Source: an uncultured Bacillota bacterium (GTDB taxonomy: Bacteria; Bacillota; Limnochordia; Limnochordales; ZCTH02-B6). From it: a DNA stretch of 64,000 nt. Below, piece after piece: positions 41,063-48,939 of the stretch; positions within the stretch are counted from its first letter, which is position 1; every line of letters starts with the position of its first letter. A model generated the notes under the pieces. That model made no database searches. It was not told the DNA's origin and worked only from the letters and a program-made list of their open reading frames with translations. A program made the position numbers and the translations under genes. The DNA lies in assembly GCA_937916565.1 (NCBI GenBank), contig CALFSR010000021.1, forward strand, positions 122 to 64,121, read 5' to 3'.

Positions 41063-42367
41063 CTACCCTTCCTTGGCCTGCCGGACCGTAACACGGCCCC
41101 CGATCACCTTGGTGACTTTGACCGGAGTACCGGCCGGGAGAAACTCACCCTCCGAGACGGCGTCAACCCGCAAACCGCCGATCTCGACGGTGCCCGCCGG
41201 GCGGAGCGGCGTGAGCGCCTGACCTTGAGCGCCTACGTGTACCACCGGGTCCTGAGGATCGTCCCCGGGAACGCCTAGTTCCTCAAGGCGCGTTTCCAGC
41301 GCGATGCGCCGCCATATTCCCGTCTTTGGCACGCGCCGGATCAGGAAAGCGCCAAAGACAACGGTGGCCAACGTCGCAAGGCCGATGACTGTAAAGGCGG
41401 ACGAGGCGTCCGGGAACGACAGGTAAAGGCTGGCAAAAATCGCGGCCAACCCGCCGACTCCGGCCACGCCAAAGCCCGGGAGGACGAGCGCCTCCAAAAG
41501 GAGCAGCCCGATCCCCAGCAGGAACAGGAGAACGATCTCCAGCCCGGCGAGGCCGGCAATGAGCCGCGCCCCAAAGAAAAGCGCGAGCGCGGTTAGGCCC
41601 GCGGTGCCTGGCACGCCCCAGCCAGGACTCGTCACCTCTGCCAAGAGCCCCAGGAAACCGAGCGTCAGGAGCAAGGAACTGACGGTGGGATCCGTGAAGA
41701 AGCGGGCGATCCGCTCCGCCCAGTTGGGGCTGAGCTCCGCCACGACGGCGCCGGACAGTCCGAACGCGGCCAGCACGTCCTGGCGGCTTTCGGCGACCAG
41801 ATCAACAAAGCCCAGCTCGCCCGCGCGGGCCGCCGTCAGAGTCAAGATCTCCCCCTCCGCCACCAGCCCCTCGATGGCGATGCGCTTGTCCACCATGGCC
41901 GCCGCCACCTTGGGATCCCGGCCGTGACGCTGGGCCGTCGCCTCAAACTCTGCCCGCAGCGCGGAAATGGTCTTCTCCTCGGCGGGCTGCGGCTCGGCGG
42001 CTCCGATGCTCGCCCCCGGCGCCATGGCGATCTTGTCGGCCGCCAGCGTGATCAGCGCGCCCGCGGACCACGCCCGCTCCCGGACAAAGGCCAGCACCGG
42101 CCGCCCGGCCGCGAGCAGGCTGTCGCGGATCGCGGTGGCCGAGTCGACCCGGCCGCCGAAGGTGTTTACCTCGAGCAATATCGCATCGGCCCGCTCCTCG
42201 CGCGCGAGGGCGACCGATCGCTCCACGAAGGCCGCCAGCCCCTCGTCGATCGTACCCACGACGGGGATGACGTACACCCTAGCTGCGCCTTGCGCCAAGA
42301 CCCCGTTGCCCCATACGGCGGCCAGCAGCAGGAATAGGAGCAATCCCACCCAGCGGTGTCTCGTCAC
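41063..42367 (-). CDS. nfeD: NfeD-family membrane-bound serine protease (YqeZ-like)
   Basis: ClpP-like N-terminal domain, TM bundle and C-terminal OB (NfeD) domain. Sits upstream of floA. SD GGGAGGAA then GTG at 42367. Confidence 0.85.
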   Translation of the reverse strand: MTRHRWVGLLLFLLLAAVWGNGVLAQGAARVYVIPVVGTIDEGLAAFVERSVALAREERADAILLEVNTFGGRVDSATAIRDSLLAAGRPVLAFVRERAWSAGALITLAADKIAMAPGASIGAAEPQPAEEKTISALRAEFEATAQRHGRDPKVAAAMVDKRIAIEGLVAEGEILTLTAARAGELGFVDLVAESRQDVLAAFGLSGAVVAELSPNWAERIARFFTDPTVSSLLLTLGFLGLLAEVTSPGWGVPGTAGLTALALFFGARLIAGLAGLEIVLLFLLGIGLLLLEALVLPGFGVAGVGGLAAIFASLYLSFPDASSAFTVIGLATLATVVFGAFLIRRVPKTGIWRRIALETRLEELGVPGDDPQDPVVHVGAQGQALTPLRPAGTVEIGGLRVDAVSEGEFLPAGTPVKVTKVIGGRVTVRQAKEG

Positions 42368-42402
42368 GCTTCCTCCCTCGCTTGCCGCAGTTCGGCGCCG
42401 AC

Positions 42403-42429
42403 AAAAAGGGAGGCCCACCCCGGCCTCCC
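42403..42429 (-). terminator. rho-independent terminator after rpsU
   Basis: Minus strand GGGAGGCC-GGGGTG-GGCCTCCC followed by TTTTTG. Confidence 0.7.
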
Positions 42430-42456
42430 CTCCATCGTCCCAGTCACTGCCGCCGC

Positions 42457-42630
42457 CTACTTGCGCCGCTTGCGCGCGGCGGCCGACTTCTTCTTCCGCC
42501 TGACACTGGGCTTGTCGTAGTGTTCCCGCTTACGCAGCTCTGACTGAATCCCTTCGCGGCGGCTAAGCTTCTTGAACCGGCGCAAGGCCCGATCCAAGCT
42601 CTCGTTCTTGCCGACTCTTACCTCGGCCAT
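42457..42630 (-). CDS. rpsU: 30S ribosomal protein S21
   Basis: Not in the ORF track (57 aa). Minus-strand translation: [57 protein letters not shown]. Confidence 0.93.
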   Translation of the reverse strand: MAEVRVGKNESLDRALRRFKKLSRREGIQSELRKREHYDKPSVRRKKKSAAARKRRK

Positions 42631-42677
42631 AGCTCCGGGCTACCCCCTCTCTGGCGCCAGATGTGCACCGCGGGCCC

Positions 42678-43022
42678 TCATGCAAACCGCCCCAGGGGTT
42701 TGCCGCCGACGAGGTGGAAGTGCAGGTGAAAGACGACCTGTCCTCCATCGCGGCCACAGTTGGTCAAGACGCGATAGCCCGTGTCGCGGATCCCCAGCTG
42801 CTCTGCCAGCTGCTGCGCGACGCGCAACAGGTGCCCAGCCAGTTCCGTATCGCCGGGACCGAGATCGGCCAGAGACGCGATGTGCTGCCGAGGAATGATC
42901 AGCACATGTACCGGGGCTTGGGGGTTGATGTCGCGAAACGCGATGACGCGGTCGTCTTCGTAAACGCGGTCGCTGGGCAGTTCTCCCCGCACGATCCGAC
43001 AGAAGACGCAGGTTTCACTCAC
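42678..43022 (-). CDS. HIT-family (Hint-like) nucleotide hydrolase
   Basis: CVFCRI N-terminus and histidine triad HLHFHLVGG. Confidence 0.9.
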   Translation of the reverse strand: MSETCVFCRIVRGELPSDRVYEDDRVIAFRDINPQAPVHVLIIPRQHIASLADLGPGDTELAGHLLRVAQQLAEQLGIRDTGYRVLTNCGRDGGQVVFHLHFHLVGGKPLGRFA

Positions 43023-43139
43023 CCGCGCTCCACCCCCTTCCCGCAGGTCTTTCCGTAATGGTTCGACGAATCCACGGCCCTTCCTTCTGGCTAAAGCGCC
43101 TTTCGCCCACGGTTTCCGCGGCCTCGGCCACCGGGCGCT

Positions 43140-44291
43140 TCAGTTCCTCGCCCCGGCCGTAGGAACAAGACCGAGCCGCCGGGCGATGATCTCCTTTTGA
43201 ATTTCCGACGTCCCGCCGCCGATGGTGTACACCCGCGCGTCCCGGTAGTACCGCTCCACGGGGTGGTCCGCCACGAACCCGTACCCTCCGTGTATCTGCA
43301 CCGCTTGGGCCGTGACCCGGTTGATCATCTCCGACGCGAACCACTTGGCCATGGAAGCGGCCAACACCGGATCGCCATCCTCGTAGGCGGCGCACGCCTG
43401 GTGCAAGAGAAGCCGGGCCTGCTCGACTTGGGCATACATCTCGACCAACTGGTGGCGTACCGCCTGGAAGTCGGCGATGGCGCGGCCAAACTGCCGGCGT
43501 GCCAGCGCGTAATCCCGGGCCGCCTCATAGGCGGCTTCCCCCATGCCGACGCATTGGGCCGCAAGAAAGACCCGCTCGAGGTTGAAATCCTCCATCACGT
43601 AGTAGAAGCCCCGATTCTCCTGGCCCACCATCTGCGCTACCCCGATGCGGCAGCCCTCAAACACGAGCTCGGCGGTTTCGGAGGTGTGCCAGCCCATCTT
43701 GTCGAGCTTACGCGCGACGGAAAACCCCGGCGTGCCCTTATCCACGAGAAACAGGGAGATGCCCCGGTGCCCGGCACCCGGGCTCGTGCGCGCGGCCAGC
43801 ACCACGAAGTCGGCCACCGGACCATTGGTAATGAACGTCTTGCGGCCGTCAATCACGAACGCGTCGCCGTCCCGGGTCGCCCGGGTCTGGATGGAAGCGA
43901 AATCCGAGCCTGCATCCGGTTCCGTCATGCCAATGCAGCCGATGAGCTCGCCCCTCAGCCCCGCCGGCAAGTACCGTCGCTTTTGCTCCTCGGTGCCATG
44001 CCGCAAGATCGGATAGAGGGCCAGCACCTGTACGAGGAGCGTGACGCCGACGCCGGCGTCGACCTTTGAGATCTCTTGCACCGCGAGGGCTTGGGACAGG
44101 ATGTCTCCCCCCGCCCCGCCGTACTCCGGCGGAAACATGATGCCGATGAGCCCCTGCTCCCCCATGCGGCGCACGATGCCGGGAGGCAGTTGCCGCCGCC
44201 GCTGGTACTCCTCGGACACGGGCGCCACCTCTTGCCGGGCGAACTCCCGGGCCATCGCCTGGATCGCTTGCTGATCCGCCGTCAGCCTCAT
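43140..44291 (-). CDS. acyl-CoA dehydrogenase
   Basis: 383 aa from the ATG at 44291 (ATGA overlap with the tetR stop). Motifs GMTEPDAGSD, GxxWHTSETAELxF and YEGTSEIQ-like GGGTSEIQ. Confidence 0.9.
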   Translation of the reverse strand: MRLTADQQAIQAMAREFARQEVAPVSEEYQRRRQLPPGIVRRMGEQGLIGIMFPPEYGGAGGDILSQALAVQEISKVDAGVGVTLLVQVLALYPILRHGTEEQKRRYLPAGLRGELIGCIGMTEPDAGSDFASIQTRATRDGDAFVIDGRKTFITNGPVADFVVLAARTSPGAGHRGISLFLVDKGTPGFSVARKLDKMGWHTSETAELVFEGCRIGVAQMVGQENRGFYYVMEDFNLERVFLAAQCVGMGEAAYEAARDYALARRQFGRAIADFQAVRHQLVEMYAQVEQARLLLHQACAAYEDGDPVLAASMAKWFASEMINRVTAQAVQIHGGYGFVADHPVERYYRDARVYTIGGGTSEIQKEIIARRLGLVPTAGARN

Positions 44292-44884
44292 CCCGCCTGG
44301 ACCTCCTCCCGGCTCTCCAACCCGCGCAGCAGGATATTCGCAAACACCTCCGCCAGTTCGCGGGGCCGCTTGTCCCCCGTGGCCCTGTACCACTGGTACG
44401 GCCAGTTCATCACGGCCAGCACGACGAATCCGGCCAGCTTGGGTGAGGCTACGTCGAACACCCCCATCGCGGCGCCCTCGGCCAGGATTCGCCGTATCCC
44501 AGCCTCATACTCGTCCCGCAAAGCGACAATCTCGCGCTGCCGCTCGGGCGACAGGGACTTGATCTCGTGCAGGAGCACCGCGACGGCGTCGATGCGCTCC
44601 GACAGGACGCTTAGATGCGTCTCGACGGCGCGCCGGAGCTTTTCCCGCGGCTCGAGCGGCGCCGCCACGACCGGCGCCAATGCGTCGATGAAGCTTTGCA
44701 TGGCCGCCTGCATGAGACGGTAGAGCAGATCTTCCTTTGTACGGATGTAGTAGTAGAAACTGCCCCGGTTCATGCCCACAGCCTCCGCCAAGTCCTGCAT
44801 GGACGTGGCGTGGTAGCCTTTCTCCCGGAACAGGCGGGCGGCAGCCGCCAAGATTTCGGCCTCCCGCACGGCAGCGTTGGACAT
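44288..44884 (-). CDS. TetR/AcrR-family regulator (FadR/YsiA-like by context)
   Basis: N-terminal HTH: ILAAAARLFREKGYHATSMQDLAEAVGMNRGSFYYYIRTKEDLL. Co-operonic with the acyl-CoA dehydrogenase. Confidence 0.9.
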   Translation of the reverse strand: MSNAAVREAEILAAAARLFREKGYHATSMQDLAEAVGMNRGSFYYYIRTKEDLLYRLMQAAMQSFIDALAPVVAAPLEPREKLRRAVETHLSVLSERIDAVAVLLHEIKSLSPERQREIVALRDEYEAGIRRILAEGAAMGVFDVASPKLAGFVVLAVMNWPYQWYRATGDKRPRELAEVFANILLRGLESREEVQAG

Positions 44885-44931
44885 AGTCCGCCAGCACTCC
44901 CCGCTGTCGCGAGAGTTTCGTCTTCACGATC

Positions 44932-44951
44932 ATTCAAACGTTTGATTGAAT
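44932..44951. promoter_or_regulatory. palindromic candidate TetR operator
   Basis: ATTCAAACGTTTGATTGAAT contains a perfect 12-bp palindrome TCAAACGTTTGA with nested ATTCAA/TTGAAT. It lies about 50 bp upstream of the tetR start. A half-site TCAAACGT recurs at 44989. Confidence 0.4.
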
Positions 44952-44987
44952 CCCTTCGTCCACTTGGCACTATTTCCTTCAAACGTC

Positions 44988-45011
44988 GAAAGAAGGCCCG
45001 CAAGCGGCGGG
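44988..45011 (-). terminator. terminator after the metallophosphoesterase gene
   Basis: Minus strand CCCGC-CGCTT-GCGGG followed by CCTTCTTTCG. It is preceded by the GC palindrome AGGAGGGCCCTCCT. Confidence 0.4.
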
Positions 45012-45079
45012 AGGAGGGCCCTCCTGCCGTACCAGCCGGGGCCTGCGGCTTGACGCATGCCTCGTATGGCTCCCACGGC

Positions 45080-45787
45080 CTACGCGGCGATGGTTTCAAT
45101 GAGGACGGGGCGAAACTGGATTGCGTCGCAGGCGACGAGATGGTAGCGGACCCCGCCCATGAGGCCGGTGAGCGCATGGCGCCGGGCAGCGCCGTGCAGG
45201 TGCCCGTAGACGCAATGAACGACGGGGTACGCATCGAGCAGGCGGGTGAAGCCCGATGGCTCGCGGCGTTCGTTGGTGGGCGGGTAGTGGAGCATGCAGA
45301 GGATGCGCTCGGCGCCCGCCTGGACAGCGCTCTTCAGGGACAGTTCCAGCCGCTGCAGTTCTCGAAGGTAGATCTTCATGTCCTCATCGGGGTGAAACGC
45401 GGATGAGCCAGGTACGGTCCAGCCGCGGGTACCGCAGACAGCCCACCCCTGCCCGAGCACCAAGTGGTCGTTTTGAAGCGCGACGACGTTGGGCGGCAAG
45501 GCGCTGCGGACTTTGCTGATGCTGCTCCACCAGTAATCGTGGTTGCCGCGGATGAGCACAATCCGCCCTGGGAGGGTACCTAAGTAGGAAAAATCCGTGC
45601 GGGCCTGCTCGAGCGTCATGGCCCAGGACAAATCCCCCGGCATGAGCACGACGTCGCCGGGAGCGACGAGCTCCAGCCAGGCGCGGCGAATCTTTTCGGG
45701 GTGGTGCGTCCAGCCGGCGCCAAACACGTCCATGGGCTTGTCCTGTCCACCGGGAAGGTGCAGATCGCCGATCGCGAATATCCTCAC
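45080..45787 (-). CDS. calcineurin-like metallophosphoesterase
   Basis: IFAIGDLHL, GDLSW, GNHDYWW and a C-terminal GHLH motif. SD GGAGGGG, 7 nt, then GTG at 45787. Confidence 0.8.
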   Translation of the reverse strand: MRIFAIGDLHLPGGQDKPMDVFGAGWTHHPEKIRRAWLELVAPGDVVLMPGDLSWAMTLEQARTDFSYLGTLPGRIVLIRGNHDYWWSSISKVRSALPPNVVALQNDHLVLGQGWAVCGTRGWTVPGSSAFHPDEDMKIYLRELQRLELSLKSAVQAGAERILCMLHYPPTNERREPSGFTRLLDAYPVVHCVYGHLHGAARRHALTGLMGGVRYHLVACDAIQFRPVLIETIAA

Positions 45788-45885
45788 AGCCGCGCCCCTC
45801 CGGTCAGACGAGCACGCCCCGGGCCGAGCCGGATCTTGAGAAGGCGTGGGCGTCATCTACATGCGCCGGCCGCCGGCGCAGCGGT

Positions 45886-46101
45886 CTATGAAGAGGCAGC
45901 GTCGTCCTTGGCGACCGCCGGGCGATCCGCCTTGACCGCCGGCTTGTCCTCGTCGTCATCAACGGCGGAGTTGGTAGCCTTCTTGAACTCCCGGATGCCT
46001 TTGCCGATCGCCTTGCCGACCTCAGGCAGCTTGCCGGGGCCAAAGATGATAAGTGCCAGGACGAGGATGATGACCAGCTCGGTGGCGCCGATCCCGAACA
46101 T
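45886..46101 (-). CDS. tatA: twin-arginine translocase subunit TatA/E
   Basis: [42 protein letters not shown]. 71 aa from the ATG at 46101 with SD GGAGAAGGGGGAG. The rest of the 194-aa track ORF is spurious. Confidence 0.9.
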   Translation of the reverse strand: MFGIGATELVIILVLALIIFGPGKLPEVGKAIGKGIREFKKATNSAVDDDEDKPAVKADRPAVAKDDAASS

Positions 46102-46149
46102 CGCCTCGCTCCCCCTTCTCCGGGTGGATGTGCAACCCAGACCGGTTTC

Positions 46150-46178
46150 AGTATATCGTACGCCGCCGTAAACGTAAA
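46150..46178 (-). promoter_or_regulatory. candidate sigma-A promoter for tatA
   Basis: Minus strand TTTACG, 17 nt, TATACT. Confidence 0.35.
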
Positions 46179-46218
46179 GAAGTGCGACCCGGACCCTTGT
46201 CCACGGGCCCGGGTCGCA
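46171..46218 (-). terminator. rho-independent terminator after the repeat-protein gene
   Basis: Minus strand TGCGACCCGGG...CCGGGTCGCA stem followed by CTTCTTTACGTTT. Confidence 0.6.
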
Positions 46219-46273
46219 AGACCCAGGTAACAGCATCGGTTGGCGGGAGCCGCGTCCCGACCGGGAGCGAGCG

Positions 46274-46603
46274 TTAGCAGAACCTGTTCCTGACGGCGAT
46301 CGTCCGCAGGCCGTTCGCGAAGATCGTCCGGACCCGGATAGGGCTGACAAACACCCTCCGCACAAGCACCGGACGGACCGCGACCGTGCGCACGCACACC
46401 GGCCGGACGGCAACTGTCCGGACAAACGCGGTGCGCAGGAACACCGGCCGCACTGCGACCGTGCGCACAAACACCGGACGCACCGCCACCGTCCGCAGTG
46501 CGATCGTCCTCAGTGCGATGGGCTGCACCGCAATCGTCCGAACAAAGTTCGGGCAGACCGCGATAGTCCGGACCGCCACCGTCTTCACACCGTTGCAAGC
46601 CAT
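46274..46603 (-). CDS. orphan hyper-basic tandem pentapeptide-repeat protein (109 aa)
   Basis: SD AGAAGGAGGTG, 6 nt, then ATG at 46603. Product is MACNG, then 18 units of [VL]-[RKQCS]-[TPR]-[VIAN]-x, then [14 protein letters not shown]. 19 Arg and 1 Lys, no Asp or Glu. Flanked by its own promoter-like element and terminator. Confidence 0.6.
   Translation of the reverse strand: MACNGVKTVAVRTIAVCPNFVRTIAVQPIALRTIALRTVAVRPVFVRTVAVRPVFLRTAFVRTVAVRPVCVRTVAVRPVLVRRVFVSPIRVRTIFANGLRTIAVRNRFC
46319..46588 (-). repeat. coding tandem repeat, 15-nt unit with a 30-nt super-period
   Basis: CGN-ACN-GTN-GCN-GTN / CGN-CCG-GTG-TTY-GTG units are repeated with synonymous variation. They encode [10 protein letters not shown]. 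Confidence 0.8.
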
Positions 46604-46635
46604 GCTCGGCACCTCCTTCTCACTGGCTTCACTGC

Positions 46636-46665
46636 TACGGTATGTGGGCCCGTCCGGCCCCGTCC
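46636..46665 (-). promoter_or_regulatory. candidate sigma-K-type promoter of the repeat-protein gene
   Basis: Minus strand GGAC-N17-CATACCGTA, about 30 nt upstream of the SD. It fits AC-N17-CATAnnnTA. Confidence 0.3.
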
Positions 46666-46855
46666 TAGGAACCGGTTCGCATTTGCGCCCGCGGTGGGAC
46701 TAGGCCGCGGCCGTCCGCATAAGGGCCCGTGCGTGCGGCCGGCGTCGACGCTCCATCCATTCCCATTGTACTGGCGGCAGGGTTTGGGACGGCCCGTCCA
46801 GGATTCCTTGACCACTGCGGCATGCATTTGACGACTGAGGAGGAATCCACCGCTC

Positions 46856-47341
46856 GTGAGATCCCTTGCCAAAGCCAGACGGACGCTGCGGCCCAGGCTG
46901 GCGCTGCCTGTGAGCCTCGCCCTGTTGGCGGCGCTCGTGACGGGGTGCTTTGGGTCCCCCATCGGCGGGGGCGGCCTCAACAACGACCAGCGCTTTTCCC
47001 TGCAGGGGACGGTCGTCGACGCGGGTCCCGCCGCCGCCCCGGTGGCCGGGGCCATCGTCCAAGCAGCCGGCCACGAAACGGAGACTGGTCCAGACGGTGC
47101 GTTCAGCCTCGGGAACTTGCCCGTGCAAGGCCCCAGCATGCCCGTCACCGTGTCGGCGCCGGGCTACGAAACCGCCACGTTCCTTATCCAGCCAGTAGCC
47201 GGCGAAGTGCTGGTGCTTGACGTCATCTTGGCGCCTACCGGCGCCGGCGAGCCCGGCGACGGCGGAACGCCCGGGGACGGCGGCGACGAGCCCGGCAATG
47301 GCGGCGACCCCGGCGATGGCGGCAGCGGCGGCGAACCGTAA
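46856..47341 (+). CDS. lipoprotein with CarboxypepD_reg-like beta-sandwich domain and Gly/Asp/Pro-rich tail
   Basis: SD GAGGAGGAA then GTG. Signal peptide with lipobox LVTGC. Domain GTVVD...PVAGAIV...TGPDGAFSLGNLP...VSAPGYE. Ends at TAA 47339..47341. Confidence 0.7.
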   Translation: MRSLAKARRTLRPRLALPVSLALLAALVTGCFGSPIGGGGLNNDQRFSLQGTVVDAGPAAAPVAGAIVQAAGHETETGPDGAFSLGNLPVQGPSMPVTVSAPGYETATFLIQPVAGEVLVLDVILAPTGAGEPGDGGTPGDGGDEPGNGGDPGDGGSGGEP

Positions 47342-47437
47342 GACCCGGTCTATAGCGGCGTCGTCGAAGCGCGCATCCGGCTGGTCAACGCCTCGGCCGG
47401 CGCGTCCGTATCGACGGCCAGCGCTGGCCCAGCGGAC

Positions 47438-48925
47438 TTGCTGACCCGTCCGGTCGCCCGCCGGCCGCAGGCCGCGACGGTCGACGCCTCCGTCCCCGGG
47501 GAGTGGATTGTGCAGTTGAACGGCGACTACCCCGTCCAGGCGGTCAACACCACATGGGCGGCGGCAGGCGTGCAGATCGTCGAGCACCTCGCCGACAACT
47601 TCTACCTCGTGGCTGCGACCGGCGGCGCGTCCGACGCCGAAACAGAAGATAGGCTCGCGCGGCTGCCCAACGTGGTATCCGTGGAACCTAACCGGCCCGT
47701 GCACCCGGTGGCCGTCGCCTACAACCCCAACGACACGTACTTCGCCCGCCAGTGGGGCTTGACCATGGTCAGCGTGCCGCAGGCGTGGAACGTCACCAGG
47801 GGCAGCCGCAACGTCGTGGTGGCGGTGCTGGATACGGGCCTTCTTCCCAACCACCCCGACATCCAGGGAATCTCCATCGTCAATGGGCGCAACTTCGCCA
47901 GCGGCCAGTCCGCGACGAACTACACGGATGACGCCACGAACTTGAGCCACGGAACGATGGTGACCGGCATCATCGGGGCGATGACGAACAACGGCAGTGG
48001 AATGGCCGGCATCAACTGGTCGGTGTCCATCATGCCCGTGCGGGTCATGAGCTCCCGCTCGGGCGGAACGGTCGCGGCCGTCGGCCAGGGTATCCGGTGG
48101 GCGGTTGACAACGGCGCCCACATCATCAACATGAGTCTTGCGTGGGACGCGTCCTACAACGATACCTTCGTCAACCAGCAGATCGAGTACGCTGCGAGCC
48201 GCGGCGTCGTGCTGGTGGCCGGAGCAGGCAACGACAGCGGCCGGATCACCATGCCCGCCGCCCACCCCGACGTCATCGCAGTCGGGGCCGTGGACCGCAA
48301 CAAGCGGGTAGCCTGGTATTCCAACTACGGCCCACAGCTGGACGTCGTGGCGCCGGGCGGCGACACCCGCAGCGGGCAGGCGGGCGGCATCCTCAGCACG
48401 GACATCGTCAGCGGGCGGCTGGGCTATTCGTACCAGCAGGGAACGTCGTTCGCCTCCCCTCACGTCGCCGGCATTGCGGCTCTCATGTACAGCGCCGGGA
48501 TCACCGACGCCCAGGAGATTCGCGAACTGCTTCGCCATACGGCCGAAGACCTGGGCACGCCAGGGTTTGACAACTACTACGGCTACGGCCTGGTGAACGC
48601 GTACGCGGCCGTGACGCGGTCCGACCCCGTACGCGCCCAAGTCAGCGTGGCGGCGGAGGATGGCCGGGTGACCGGCCCCGCGCTCCCTCAGCGTATGGGA
48701 GGGCAGACCATAGCCAGGATCGAGGGCGTTGCGCCCGGCGCCCAAGCGGTGTTTGCGTGGATCGACACCGTTCCCGACGGAGTCTTGGGCGAAGGCGATT
48801 TCGCGGGCCTTGCCGCCGTTAACGTGCCCGCCGAGGGCACGGTCGCCGCGGACCTGGTCCTCGCGCTGTGGGAGACGCTGCCGAGCAACGACCGGGCGCG
48901 GCTTGACGCGCTCGTCAACCGGTGA
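47438..48925 (+). CDS. S8 (subtilisin-family) serine peptidase with I9-like propeptide
   Basis: Catalytic triad contexts VAVLDTG, HGTMVTGIIGA and GTSFASPHVAG. N-terminal propeptide-like WIVQLNGDY...VVSVEPNRPV. No signal peptide and no SD before the TTG at 47438; an alternative GTG is at 47510, after GGGGAG. Confidence 0.9.
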   Translation: MLTRPVARRPQAATVDASVPGEWIVQLNGDYPVQAVNTTWAAAGVQIVEHLADNFYLVAATGGASDAETEDRLARLPNVVSVEPNRPVHPVAVAYNPNDTYFARQWGLTMVSVPQAWNVTRGSRNVVVAVLDTGLLPNHPDIQGISIVNGRNFASGQSATNYTDDATNLSHGTMVTGIIGAMTNNGSGMAGINWSVSIMPVRVMSSRSGGTVAAVGQGIRWAVDNGAHIINMSLAWDASYNDTFVNQQIEYAASRGVVLVAGAGNDSGRITMPAAHPDVIAVGAVDRNKRVAWYSNYGPQLDVVAPGGDTRSGQAGGILSTDIVSGRLGYSYQQGTSFASPHVAGIAALMYSAGITDAQEIRELLRHTAEDLGTPGFDNYYGYGLVNAYAAVTRSDPVRAQVSVAAEDGRVTGPALPQRMGGQTIARIEGVAPGAQAVFAWIDTVPDGVLGEGDFAGLAAVNVPAEGTVAADLVLALWETLPSNDRARLDALVNR

Positions 48926-48939
48926 AAGGGGTGAACCGC

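Noticed and set aside
46274-46612. Regular 15/30-nt periodicity, considered as a CRISPR array or noncoding minisatellite
   Set aside because: There is no repeat-spacer organisation. The units are contiguous, too short and degenerate at third codon positions. The periodicity is a multiple of 3 within an open frame, and no cas genes are in the window.
46386-46703. Plus-strand 105-aa ORF with its own repeat ([10 protein letters not shown]...)
   Set aside because: It is the mirror image of the minus-strand repeat gene. It has no SD or plausible start context, whereas the minus frame has a consensus SD, an ATG, a promoter-like element and a terminator.
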